From positions 151,540 to 215,539 of the forward strand of contig OY729416.1 in the NCBI GenBank assembly GCA_963422265.1: DNA of 64,000 nt, in the 5' to 3' direction. Under the pieces are notes generated by a model. That model had not been told where the DNA came from and did not search any database. It saw nothing but the letters and a program-made list of their open reading frames with translations. Origin of the DNA: Thermodesulfobacteriota bacterium (lineage in GTDB: Bacteria; Desulfobacterota_D; UBA1144; Nemesobacterales; UBA2774). Shown piece by piece: positions 10,447 to 22,454 of the stretch (within the stretch, counting starts at the first letter, position 1; each line of letters begins with the position of its first letter). Position numbers and translations under genes: made by a program.

Positions 10447-11001
10447 ATGTCAATCAGACCTGATCACTGGATTAGAAAAATGGCGAGGGAGCACGGGATG
10501 ATAAACCCCTTTGTGGATAAGCAGGTGAGGGACGGTGCAATTTCTTATGGGCTTTCCGCTTATGGTTACGATATAAGGGTGAGTGACGAATTTAAAGTGT
10601 TTACCAACGTCTATAATTCCGTGGTGGACCCTAAGAGTTTTGATGATAAGTCTTTTGTTGAAATAAAGGCTGACGCCTGTATGATCCCCCCTAACTCTTT
10701 CGCATTAGCGAGGACGGTAGAGTATTTTAGAATACCGAGAAGCACAATCACTCTGTGCGTGGGTAAATCCACCTACGCACGCTGCGGGATTATAGTGAAC
10801 GTGACTCCCTTCGAGCCTGAATGGGAGGGGTTTGTGACGCTTGAGATCTCAAATACCACGCCGCTTCCAGCCAAGATATACGCTAACGAGGGCATAGCCC
10901 AGGTTCTCTTTCTTGAGTCGGATGAACCGTGTGAAGTATCTTACGCTGATAAAAAAGGCAGATACCAGAGACAAATTGGTATTACGCCGCCAAAAGTTTA
11001 G
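10447..11001 (+). CDS. dcd: dCTP deaminase
   Basis: 184 aa. [22 protein letters not shown]...[14 protein letters not shown] and the later [14 protein letters not shown] block are typical Dcd. Confidence 0.9.
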   Translation: MSIRPDHWIRKMAREHGMINPFVDKQVRDGAISYGLSAYGYDIRVSDEFKVFTNVYNSVVDPKSFDDKSFVEIKADACMIPPNSFALARTVEYFRIPRSTITLCVGKSTYARCGIIVNVTPFEPEWEGFVTLEISNTTPLPAKIYANEGIAQVLFLESDEPCEVSYADKKGRYQRQIGITPPKV

Positions 11002-11079
11002 AGAAAAAAGGAAGTTAGAGACATACGTTCCACTTAAATAGCCTTGATTTTATCGTGCTTTTCTTGGCTAATATGATAA

Positions 11080-13596
<2,517 letters not shown>

Positions 13597-13602
13597 CTGT
13601 GA

Positions 13603-14088
13603 TTATTTAGGACTAGACAGGAAATTTTCTGCCCTATGAACCTGTTGCACAATATCCGTTAGCAATTCTCCAATAATGACGTCTTCATGAGAATAACCAT
13701 ATACTCCGGAGTGTGATGGATCGCCATAAGTATGGTCAGGTTTCAATTCGGGTTTGTATAGAATCTGTATTTTCCTCCTATCATCAGTCTCCGCTTTTAC
13801 ATATTCAATTGCTCTTTGCACGTTTATTATTGGCAGCCGGTCATTCTTTTTAACTTTTAATTTATCTTTGTAGATATTTATTATATTTTGTACACAAACT
13901 TCTAGGTCTGTATTACCATCGTATTCAAGCCAATTCACCGACATATAATCTTCTTTAGGTCGCGGTAGTAACGCCTTTCCGTCTATTTTACCTCCGTTGT
14001 GAACAAGAGATTTCTTGACTAGTTTGGTTATATGTGACGTTGGTGGAAGTGGGTCGTTATCTTTCTCATTACCGACAAATCCATTCAT
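13603..14088 (-). CDS. Hypothetical protein (third gene of the AT-rich cassette)
   Basis: The ORF is open to 14133 (TTG); the first ATG is at 14088 (MNGFVGNEKD). No family recognised. It contains DPSHSGVYGY near the C-terminus. Very low GC. Confidence 0.55.
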   Translation of the reverse strand: MNGFVGNEKDNDPLPPTSHITKLVKKSLVHNGGKIDGKALLPRPKEDYMSVNWLEYDGNTDLEVCVQNIINIYKDKLKVKKNDRLPIINVQRAIEYVKAETDDRRKIQILYKPELKPDHTYGDPSHSGVYGYSHEDVIIGELLTDIVQQVHRAENFLSSPK

Positions 14089-14704
14089 CAGCTCCCATGG
14101 AAACCACAACTTGGTAAAGGCGCTCTTTATCAATTGTCCCGGTAGAACGCATAACTTTTCCTGTGTTGTTAGGATTAGGTGTGAAAATTACGTAAGTGTT
14201 AGTATCGTCAGGGTTAAACTCTACTGCTAAATGCTGTATTCTTGACTTACGCCACAACGCTCTAATATTACCTTCGTAAGTAACAATAAAAGAAGGTATG
14301 ATTAAATTATCGTTCTTTGTCAAGAAATCAGTAAAATTATTAAAGGATTCGAAACTTATTATTTTTTGCTCCGTATCTTGATCATCTTCAATATCTTCAA
14401 TTAATTCATAAGTTCTAGGGGTAATGTAATCATCAAAGTCAGGTCTTTCTCGATAAAGACTAAGCACCAAAGTTTTAATTCTTTTATGGCTATCTAGGTT
14501 GTCTTCCTCGATGTCTTTGTAATAGCCTAAACTTCTAAAAAGAGTAGAGTTCTCTTCTTCGTATACCTTGTAATAATTTGTTTTTAAATTTGTTTGGGGA
14601 GAGGCAGGTAATGTATCCAAATGAGTTGATACTCCAATACTAGGGGGAATGTTATTGTAGGATATAGATCGGTTCTCCTTAGGCTCCACATCAGTTAAAT
14701 TCAT
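14069..14704 (-). CDS. Hypothetical protein (second gene of the AT-rich cassette)
   Basis: The first ATG at 14704 overlaps the upstream stop as ATGA (14701-14704). The tracked ORF opens at 14725 with TTG. No motif recognised. Confidence 0.55.
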   Translation of the reverse strand: MNLTDVEPKENRSISYNNIPPSIGVSTHLDTLPASPQTNLKTNYYKVYEEENSTLFRSLGYYKDIEEDNLDSHKRIKTLVLSLYRERPDFDDYITPRTYELIEDIEDDQDTEQKIISFESFNNFTDFLTKNDNLIIPSFIVTYEGNIRALWRKSRIQHLAVEFNPDDTNTYVIFTPNPNNTGKVMRSTGTIDKERLYQVVVSMGADEWICR

Positions 14705-15471
14705 GAGACTTCCTTTTTCTCCCAATTAGTTTTTGTTGTATCACTATCAGTGAGTTTTTCAAAATTCTGCGTAAGCTGTTCGTGTACGTAATCAAACCAG
14801 TCGTTCATATTGTGGTTTGAGGAGTCAAACCCGCTCGCTCCATTTTCAAATACTATTATTTTTTGTTTCGTGTTCTTAAGTGTAGTTGTAAAGAGATTTA
14901 ATTTGAATATTCCTTTCTTAGCATCCGGCAAATCATAGATATAATTTAAGTTAAAGTCTTTAACTTCTTGACCGCTTAAAGTTTCAGGGAAGTCAAGGCG
15001 TTTAATTATATCTGAAAGTTCCTTGGCTTCTCTAAAGTCAAAGTTTTCTTTTAAGTGGTTTACATAATTGAATTCATATTTGAGCGGAGCAGGTTCATTA
15101 AAGCCTTTTTCTTTGAGGAATTCCAAGAATGATGAATAATTGTTGTTAAAGAGCCTGTTCATTTCACTATATTCAGGATATTGGTCTTCTCCTTCCACCT
15201 TGCGCCAATTGCATAGGAAGCAGTTGTTTTGTATCTGAACTAGTTTATTTAGTGATTCTGTGATGAACCAAAACCTGGGCGCGGGGTATATTTCGCTATT
15301 GCTTTGAATAGGCTTGCCATAGTTGGTGGCTTGTTCGGATTTTGGATATTTATCAATGATCTTTTCCCAAAACAAACCGATGTGTTCAGAGCGCAGACCA
15401 TAAATTGGGAGAAACTCTACGCCCATTACAACTTCAATTACCGGTGGTTTACTATATTTAGCAGTGTTCAT
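14701..15471 (-). CDS. TIGR04255-like family protein (function unknown)
   Basis: 256 aa. The N-terminus YSKPPVIEVVMGVEF matches my memory of the TIGR04255 N-terminal signature (Y..aP..Evv.e..F). The assignment is from memory only. Confidence 0.5.
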   Translation of the reverse strand: MNTAKYSKPPVIEVVMGVEFLPIYGLRSEHIGLFWEKIIDKYPKSEQATNYGKPIQSNSEIYPAPRFWFITESLNKLVQIQNNCFLCNWRKVEGEDQYPEYSEMNRLFNNNYSSFLEFLKEKGFNEPAPLKYEFNYVNHLKENFDFREAKELSDIIKRLDFPETLSGQEVKDFNLNYIYDLPDAKKGIFKLNLFTTTLKNTKQKIIVFENGASGFDSSNHNMNDWFDYVHEQLTQNFEKLTDSDTTKTNWEKKEVS

Positions 15472-15620
15472 TATATCATTAAATACAAAGTAACTACGAC
15501 TGTAGAATTATATCTATTGCTTAGTACAAGGCAAGTTAGGGCTAGCAATATATGGCATTTGAACACATAATACTTGTCAGAGGAATGATGTAAAATCCAT
15601 GATAACAAAGCTATCAGAGA

Positions 15621-16685
15621 TCAACTAAGATAACCATAGTTCTGTAATACTAGCATGGCAGCACTTATGATTATGACGTTCAGTATTGCAAGTGGAAAGA
15701 GCACCTTCCAGCCTAGATTCATAACCTGATCATAGCGAAATCTAGGCAGAGTAAACCTAACCCAGATGAAGAAGAAGAGAAAAGTAAGCACCTTTCCTAT
15801 GAAGACGAGCGGGGGTAGGTACCAGTGTTTGTCTATATCCACTCCAAACCATCCGCCGAAGGGGAGCGGGTACCATCCGCCGAAGAATAATGCTACCACA
15901 AGGCAGGAAACTACTATCATGTGCGTGTACTCTGCCATAAAAAACATTGCAAACTTCATGCTGCTGTATTCAGTGTGGTATCCAGCAACTATCTCGGTCT
16001 CAGCCTCTGGCATGTCAAAAGGAAGCCTATTTGTCTCTGCGAACGCCGCCGCAATAAACACTATGGCGCCTAGTATCTGTGGAAAAACGAACCAGTAGTT
16101 AGATTGCGCCTCAATTATATCTTCAAGCCTCAAAGAGCCGCTCCAGGCTATGACTCCCAAAATAGACATTCCCATAGCTAGCTCGTAGCTTATCATCTGG
16201 GCTGCCCCTCTCAGCCCGCCTAGAAAAGAGTACTTGCTGTTGGATGCCCATCCGCCTAGCACGACCCCATAAACACTAAGGGAGCCTATAGCCAGCACAT
16301 AAAGGACGCCAACGTTTATGTCCGCTATCTGAAATTGGATAAATACAGGTTCGGCAAACAGCCCGAACAATGTCGTCTCAAAGCCCTTTCCTACGGGTAT
16401 GACTGCAAGGGCGATTAATGCAGTAATCAAAGCAAATGCGGGCGCAATTATAAAGAAAGGCTTATTAGCGTCCCTTGGTATAATGTCTTCTTTGAATATG
16501 AATTTTGCGCCGTCAGCCAGAGGTTGGAGAAATCCGAACGGTCCAACGCGGTTCGGTCCGAGCCTATCTTGAATAAAAGCGCTTACTCTCCTTTCCGCAA
16601 GCGTGAGGTAGGCGACGAGCGTAAGAACTGCGAATAAAACGAGCGCTATTTTTGCGAGGGAAATCCCTAATTCAACCCAAAGCAT
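15621..16685 (-). CDS. nuoH: NADH-quinone oxidoreductase subunit H
   Basis: 354-aa polytopic protein. AERRVSAFIQDRLGPNRVGPFGFLQPLADG and FAETNRLPFDMPEAETEIVAGYHTEYS are hallmark NuoH/ND1 blocks. Confidence 0.95.
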   Translation of the reverse strand: MLWVELGISLAKIALVLFAVLTLVAYLTLAERRVSAFIQDRLGPNRVGPFGFLQPLADGAKFIFKEDIIPRDANKPFFIIAPAFALITALIALAVIPVGKGFETTLFGLFAEPVFIQFQIADINVGVLYVLAIGSLSVYGVVLGGWASNSKYSFLGGLRGAAQMISYELAMGMSILGVIAWSGSLRLEDIIEAQSNYWFVFPQILGAIVFIAAAFAETNRLPFDMPEAETEIVAGYHTEYSSMKFAMFFMAEYTHMIVVSCLVVALFFGGWYPLPFGGWFGVDIDKHWYLPPLVFIGKVLTFLFFFIWVRFTLPRFRYDQVMNLGWKVLFPLAILNVIIISAAMLVLQNYGYLS

Positions 16686-16720
16686 ATTCTATCTATTATC
16701 CATATTGTTCGTAAATCTAA

Positions 16721-18319
16721 TTAATTAGCGGTATTCGCTCCAAGCGCTTCAATTCTATCGTATGTAAAACCTTCAAACGCGGGAAACCTCTCTGCTATTT
16801 CTAACAAGATGCTTGGGGGATTTTTAAAGCCGAAAGACTCCTTCTGAAACCTGCTTCCTACAAGAGCTAGTATTTCCCAGTCAGGCTTAGCCGTTCCAGG
16901 CGCAGTTATTACTTTTCTTATTCTCTGCACCTTTCCCCTATCGTTTGTGAAGGTGCCTTCTTTCTCATAAGCGGTCGCTCCTGGAAGGATTACGTTCGCT
17001 GACCTAACAGTTTCGGTGAGCTTAAAATCTTGCACCACCAACAATGATAGTCGTAACAAGCATTCTTTTAACTTTGGATGGTCGCTTTTAGGGATAAATT
17101 CGAATAGGTCTAGTCCAGCTACGTAGAGGGCACTTAGTTTGCCTTCGAGAATGGAGTCAATAATTTCCAGAAGCTTATTAGTCCCATGGGGGAGTTCGAG
17201 TTCCTTGACGCCGTAGCTGTTGGGATAGGGGTCAGTGCTTATTAAGCCGAATTTCTTGGGTTCGCTTGTTACGCCTACGTTAGATACAATCTTACTTATA
17301 TTAAGCGTTTCTCCGATTTTTTTAAGAAGATAAAGCTCTTCATTAGTAAGCACAGCAGAACCTAAAAGCGCGATTGATTCAGGGGATTCTTCCTTTGCTA
17401 GGGCTAATTTTCTTGCCGAGAAATCTAAGGCTTCATCCCAGCCGATGATTTCAAACTCCTCTCCCTTCCTGATTATAGGGTGTTTCAATCTTATTGCATC
17501 TTCCTGAACCTGCTTGAAGTCATATCTTCCTCTATCGCATATCCAGTACTCATTAACGTCCATATTTATCCTAGGTCTTACCCTTGAGATCTTACCCTTT
17601 CTCGGATCGACCCCAACGGTTATGTTGCAACCGTTGCTGCACAACGGGCAGACGGTATCCGTGAATTTCCAGTACCACACCCTTTCCTCGTGTAGGGTGT
17701 CTTTGTTAAGTAGTGCCCCTACTGGGCACAGATCGGTAACGTTTCCTGAGAGCTCCGAGTCCAAGCTCTTATAGGGGAACACGACGATTTTTTTTCTAAA
17801 ACCTCTACCCTCATAACCGAGTTCCCCCGTTTGGGTAATCTCATCTGTAAACCTGACGCACCTTGTACACATGATGCAGCGATTCGGGTCGTAAAGAATC
17901 TTATCGCTCAAGTAATACTTCTTTCTGACTTTTTTTTCTTCAGGACCTTCAAATCTGCTGTATCCTGGACCATGTTTTACGGTTGTAAGTTGAAGGGGGC
18001 ACTCACCCCCCTTATCACATATAGGGCAATCGAGCGGATGATTGATAAGCGTAAACTCAACTGTCGCTTTTCTTGCCTTTATGGCTCTTTCAGAGTTTGT
18101 CTTAACAATTAAGCCCTCTCTCACGTAAGTATTACAAGCAGGCATTACCTTAGGAATACCCTCAATCTCCACTAGGCATTGCCTGCATTGAGCGACAACG
18201 CTTAAGGCAGGGTGGTAACAAAAGTGAGGTACTTCTATACCGACGCGATTAGCGGCTTGTATAAGGTTTAGACCTTCCTCCGTTTCTAGTTCTTTACCGT
18301 CTATGGTGAGCTTTGGCAT
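16721..18319 (-). CDS. nuoG: NADH-quinone oxidoreductase subunit G (short form, 532 aa)
   Basis: An N-terminal 2Fe-2S ferredoxin-like segment (CYHPALSVVAQCRQCLVEI), then HPLDCPICDKGGECPLQ and further Cys clusters, followed by a truncated molybdopterin-type domain. Confidence 0.85.
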   Translation of the reverse strand: MPKLTIDGKELETEEGLNLIQAANRVGIEVPHFCYHPALSVVAQCRQCLVEIEGIPKVMPACNTYVREGLIVKTNSERAIKARKATVEFTLINHPLDCPICDKGGECPLQLTTVKHGPGYSRFEGPEEKKVRKKYYLSDKILYDPNRCIMCTRCVRFTDEITQTGELGYEGRGFRKKIVVFPYKSLDSELSGNVTDLCPVGALLNKDTLHEERVWYWKFTDTVCPLCSNGCNITVGVDPRKGKISRVRPRINMDVNEYWICDRGRYDFKQVQEDAIRLKHPIIRKGEEFEIIGWDEALDFSARKLALAKEESPESIALLGSAVLTNEELYLLKKIGETLNISKIVSNVGVTSEPKKFGLISTDPYPNSYGVKELELPHGTNKLLEIIDSILEGKLSALYVAGLDLFEFIPKSDHPKLKECLLRLSLLVVQDFKLTETVRSANVILPGATAYEKEGTFTNDRGKVQRIRKVITAPGTAKPDWEILALVGSRFQKESFGFKNPPSILLEIAERFPAFEGFTYDRIEALGANTAN

Positions 18320-18538
18320 GGAAAGACATTTAAGCCTACAGGAATGACGGAAATACTATCTGACCTTGATTGTCTTAGCAAGTTATGAATTTTAGTATTT
18401 CTGGTCTCGCAAGATTTAGCGTCTATGCTAGTAGCTTAGACGGCGTGATCCCTTCTTCTGGAGAAACAGTTAATGTCTGATTCACTATTAAAGTTCTGGT
18501 TATTCTGCGCGGTGGTGATTATGTTATAATCCAAAGCA

Positions 18539-21500
18539 ATGAGAATGCGTCCCAAAATATTCAAGCCTATTGCCGTCCTCCTCTTAGTTTTAGCGTTACT
18601 TGTAGCAACTTTTTATATAGTAATACAGACACATTTCTTTAATCAGATTACAAGAAACGTCCTAAACTCCTTCGTAACTGAGCTAACGGATCAGGGCTTT
18701 GCTATTGGTAGTATTGATGGGAATCTTCTTCATGGATTCACGCTCAGAGACGTCTCTTTCCGTATTGAAGGTCGGGAGTTTATAGAATGCAAGGGAATAT
18801 CTATTGGTTACTCGCTACCTTTAATGCTAGACCGCTCAACGTTGTTTAGACGAGTTTTTTCCGTGGACGAAGTTTCATTAACTGGCGTGCGAGTTAACCT
18901 AATTCGTTACTCTGACGGTGCGTGGAATTTCGAGAAAATCAAATCGTTTGGACGGAAAGAGCAAGCCCCACTAGGTTGGAGTATCTTTCTCAATAGCACC
19001 AATATAAATGATTTAATAATAACGGTTAGCGATCCGCTAAAAGAAAAGTCCAATAAATATGAGTTCCGCAACGTAGATGCGTCGGTAAAGATCCATAGAG
19101 CGATTGAGAGGGTTGACCTTAAATTGAAGGATGGAGAGGTAGTTTTTACATCTCAAATTTCCGGCTCCGACACTAATGAATTACGCCTTGATGGCGTCTC
19201 CGCAAACGCTTCTTATAGTGCATTGGAGTATGTGGATACTCTCGACGTGAAGTCGTTGAACTTCAATTTTCGCGGTTTTCAAATTTCTGCAGAGAGTAAA
19301 ATTAAGGATCTGAAAAGTCCGAAGTTCGAGTTTAGAGCTACTGCAGGGGGGATTAGGTTGGGCAATATAGTTAATGCAAATATAGAGTTAAGCGGCGTTG
19401 GCGAGCACTCAAAGCATAACCCCCTTAGAGTTCAGAGCAAGGCGAGGCTTTTGGACTCCTTACTGATAGGTCAAGAGGTTCTAGGGGACATTAATTCCAT
19501 TGATATAGACGGAGGGGAAATTGAATTTAGAGGTGGCAAGATCAATACGGATTTTGGTAGCGCTTCGTTTAATGGCACGCTGTTTCTAACGGAGCTTATG
19601 GGTGTCAAACAGAGCAATAATTTTGCATTTGACGTTTCTATTGATTCTCTTGAAATGAAAGAGATACTTGATTTCATCAAGGAAACCAAAGGTGTAAACT
19701 CCAACTCTCCAATCGGAGCTGTAAACACTGATATCTACAAAGGTTCTGACGCTGAACTGAATGCTTATCTAAACGTGCTGGGTAACTGGGGCGAGTCAGA
19801 TTCCCTTGAGGCGAGCGTTGTGGTATCGAATCTTGATCTGAGAAGCGGTGACAGTGGGGAAGTTAATCTAAAAGGACCAATTACGATAACAAATTCCGGG
19901 GTCCAATATGAATTGGATGCAGGTTTCCTAAACGTAAATCTAGCTACTGTATTTAAGAATGAAGGCTATATAAGCAATATCAATTCTAAATTTCGCCTAA
20001 GGGGGTTTTTACCGTATGGCAAGGATTTATTAAGCAGGCTTGAGGGTAGTGTAAAAGGAGAGGTTTTTCAATCCGAAATCCTTGGAATAGGCTTAAAGCG
20101 TGGGATTATTGACGCTTTCTACGGGGCAAACTTCCTTAATGTAGAATCCTTACTAATTGAATCTGACAAATTAAATCTAGAAGCCAACGGTGCTATAGGG
20201 GATTCTCAGAACGTCGGCATTAGCTACGATCTGGACGTTGCTGATTTAAGGTTGCTGTCCATATTTTTAGATAATACTGATTACGAAGGAAGACTTCAGG
20301 TTAGTGGCGACCTTAAAGGAGCCATGAGAAGCCTAGAAACTTCCCTTTTTGCTAAAATCTCCGATTTTAAGTCTGAGAAATATAGATTTGTGGCGAAGAA
20401 AATTGAAATAACTGGAAGCAGCAATTTTGATTTAGCTGATTTGAGACTAAATGCGAGCGGCAAGCTAGGGGAAATAAGTATTAGAGGTAGAGATTTCTCA
20501 ACCATTGATATTGATGCAAAGGGTAAGTCAAGCGTTTTAGGGGGAGAAATAAGGGTCTCGGAAACCGTGAACAGGAATTATTCTGCTAGCTTTACGTTAA
20601 GAGACCTTCAAGATGAAGAAGTTAGTTTAGAGCTAAGTAAAGTTGTCCTAAACGTTCAGGATGTCCTCTTGAAGAATCGTAAACCTATAATTTTGACCTT
20701 TATCAAAAACAAACTAAGCGTAAGCTCTCTTAATCTATATCAAGGGGATAATTTTATAATCGGAGATATTGAGTTAGGTGATAAGGTTGTAGCAAATATG
20801 CGCTCGAGAAAAATGAGACTCTCAAGTCTGTTAGATGTTCTTAACGCCCCTTTTTCTCTCAAAGGTTTAGTATCAGGCAAGATAGCGTTCGGGGGTTCCT
20901 TAGAGGGAATTGACGTAAGTGCTGATCTTGTTGCGGAAAACCTTGAATACATGGCTTTTAAGAGCGATGCCCTCCGGCTCAGCCTTCTTTTTGTTGATGA
21001 TGATCTTAACGTGAGCCTAAGCATGAATAATGATTCTGAGCGTGTTCTCTCCGCAACTGCTAAGGCGCACGTTGATCCCAAATGGAAGAATTTTGAGGAG
21101 ATAATTGAAAACGCGCCTTTTGACGCCCGCGTTCAATCTAAAGGGATTGATATTAGCCTACTCTCTTTACTCCATCCTAAACTAACGTCCATCAAAGGAA
21201 GGCTCTTTGCTGACGTGAGTGCCAGGGGTGATGGGCAAAATCCTGATATTGCCGGCAGCTTTGAGTTGAAGGATGTTTCATTAAAAACTGTGTATATGAG
21301 GAATAAGATCAATATAGAGAGCGTGGTGTTAGACGTCCGAGGGATGCGCGGCGTTTTACGCCCGTTTCATATTGATACGGGTGGTGGCAAGGGGTTGTTT
21401 GAGGGGGAAATAGACTTTCGAGATATGTCTTACGTCGCGAAAGGGCGAATGTTCGAGCTATTCTTCAAGCCCAATCCTTATGACGTTACAGCAAGGTTAG

Positions 21501-22435
21501 ACGGCGAACTAGATATTAAGGGAAAGCGGTTAAAAACTCATATCAATGGTGACCTTAAGGCTAAGGGTTTGAGAGTGGTTATATCCGGGAAACCACAAAG
21601 GTATATTGAGGATGTCAAATTTGTCCAAGAGGACGACGGTGATCAGGAAGGTTTTATATTCGCCGGTGAGAAGTCTGATAGTCGCTACAGAAGATTAGTC
21701 TCTGTGGATTTAAGGTTGGATATTGCTGAGGATTCTTGGATCAAGAGCAGCAGGGCGGATATTGAGATAGAGGGGCAGCTTAACGTAAGCAAACGTTACG
21801 GGGGGGGCAACGTAGTGACTGGTAACGTTGAGGCGGTCAAGGGTAGCTATCTGTTTATGGGCAAGCTCTTCAGTATTATTCAAGGAGGCATCATGAATTT
21901 TAGCGGAAAAGAGGTAATTGATCCACTTCTTGGCGTGAGAGCGATTTATGACGTGTCGAATGTTGAAGTCTATGTAAACGTTACTGGCACCATGCGAGAC
22001 CCAGAGATTAGCTTGTCTAGCGATCCTTCTATGGAAAAGAATGAAATAATGTCATATTTAATCTTTGGCACTTCGTCCGACGAGCTTTCTACCAATGAGC
22101 GTATATCTTTTCAGCAACGGGCGGGGGAGTTCTTGAGCTCAATGGCGGTTGATGAGATAAGGGACGTATTTGGTGATCAGTTTGCACTTGACGTCATAAC
22201 AATCAAGGGCTGGCAGCCCGGTTTCAGAGACACTTATTTTGAGTTAGGAAAGTATATTACAAAGGATTTATACGTTGGATACGAGCGTTATTTTTTTAGT
22301 CCCGGAGCTTCCCTTCCCGACGTGGCTGCGAACAGGGCTATTGTTGAATATAGGATGCTTGATTACCTGACTCTTGAGACTGAGATAGGGGGTGCTGAGT
22401 CGGGCGCGGACTTATTTTTTAATTTTGATTACTGA
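18539..22435 (+). CDS. tamB: Translocation and assembly module protein TamB-like (AsmA-like/DUF490 family)
   Basis: 1298 aa with an N-terminal signal-anchor, a long beta-rich repetitive body, and a C-terminal DUF490-type block (LSSDPSMEKNEIMSYLIFG...LGKYITKDLYVGYE). Confidence 0.8.
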   Translation: MRMRPKIFKPIAVLLLVLALLVATFYIVIQTHFFNQITRNVLNSFVTELTDQGFAIGSIDGNLLHGFTLRDVSFRIEGREFIECKGISIGYSLPLMLDRSTLFRRVFSVDEVSLTGVRVNLIRYSDGAWNFEKIKSFGRKEQAPLGWSIFLNSTNINDLIITVSDPLKEKSNKYEFRNVDASVKIHRAIERVDLKLKDGEVVFTSQISGSDTNELRLDGVSANASYSALEYVDTLDVKSLNFNFRGFQISAESKIKDLKSPKFEFRATAGGIRLGNIVNANIELSGVGEHSKHNPLRVQSKARLLDSLLIGQEVLGDINSIDIDGGEIEFRGGKINTDFGSASFNGTLFLTELMGVKQSNNFAFDVSIDSLEMKEILDFIKETKGVNSNSPIGAVNTDIYKGSDAELNAYLNVLGNWGESDSLEASVVVSNLDLRSGDSGEVNLKGPITITNSGVQYELDAGFLNVNLATVFKNEGYISNINSKFRLRGFLPYGKDLLSRLEGSVKGEVFQSEILGIGLKRGIIDAFYGANFLNVESLLIESDKLNLEANGAIGDSQNVGISYDLDVADLRLLSIFLDNTDYEGRLQVSGDLKGAMRSLETSLFAKISDFKSEKYRFVAKKIEITGSSNFDLADLRLNASGKLGEISIRGRDFSTIDIDAKGKSSVLGGEIRVSETVNRNYSASFTLRDLQDEEVSLELSKVVLNVQDVLLKNRKPIILTFIKNKLSVSSLNLYQGDNFIIGDIELGDKVVANMRSRKMRLSSLLDVLNAPFSLKGLVSGKIAFGGSLEGIDVSADLVAENLEYMAFKSDALRLSLLFVDDDLNVSLSMNNDSERVLSATAKAHVDPKWKNFEEIIENAPFDARVQSKGIDISLLSLLHPKLTSIKGRLFADVSARGDGQNPDIAGSFELKDVSLKTVYMRNKINIESVVLDVRGMRGVLRPFHIDTGGGKGLFEGEIDFRDMSYVAKGRMFELFFKPNPYDVTARLDGELDIKGKRLKTHINGDLKAKGLRVVISGKPQRYIEDVKFVQEDDGDQEGFIFAGEKSDSRYRRLVSVDLRLDIAEDSWIKSSRADIEIEGQLNVSKRYGGGNVVTGNVEAVKGSYLFMGKLFSIIQGGIMNFSGKEVIDPLLGVRAIYDVSNVEVYVNVTGTMRDPEISLSSDPSMEKNEIMSYLIFGTSSDELSTNERISFQQRAGEFLSSMAVDEIRDVFGDQFALDVITIKGWQPGFRDTYFELGKYITKDLYVGYERYFFSPGASLPDVAANRAIVEYRMLDYLTLETEIGGAESGADLFFNFDY

Positions 22436-22454
22436 GATGCCATTGACTTGAAAT

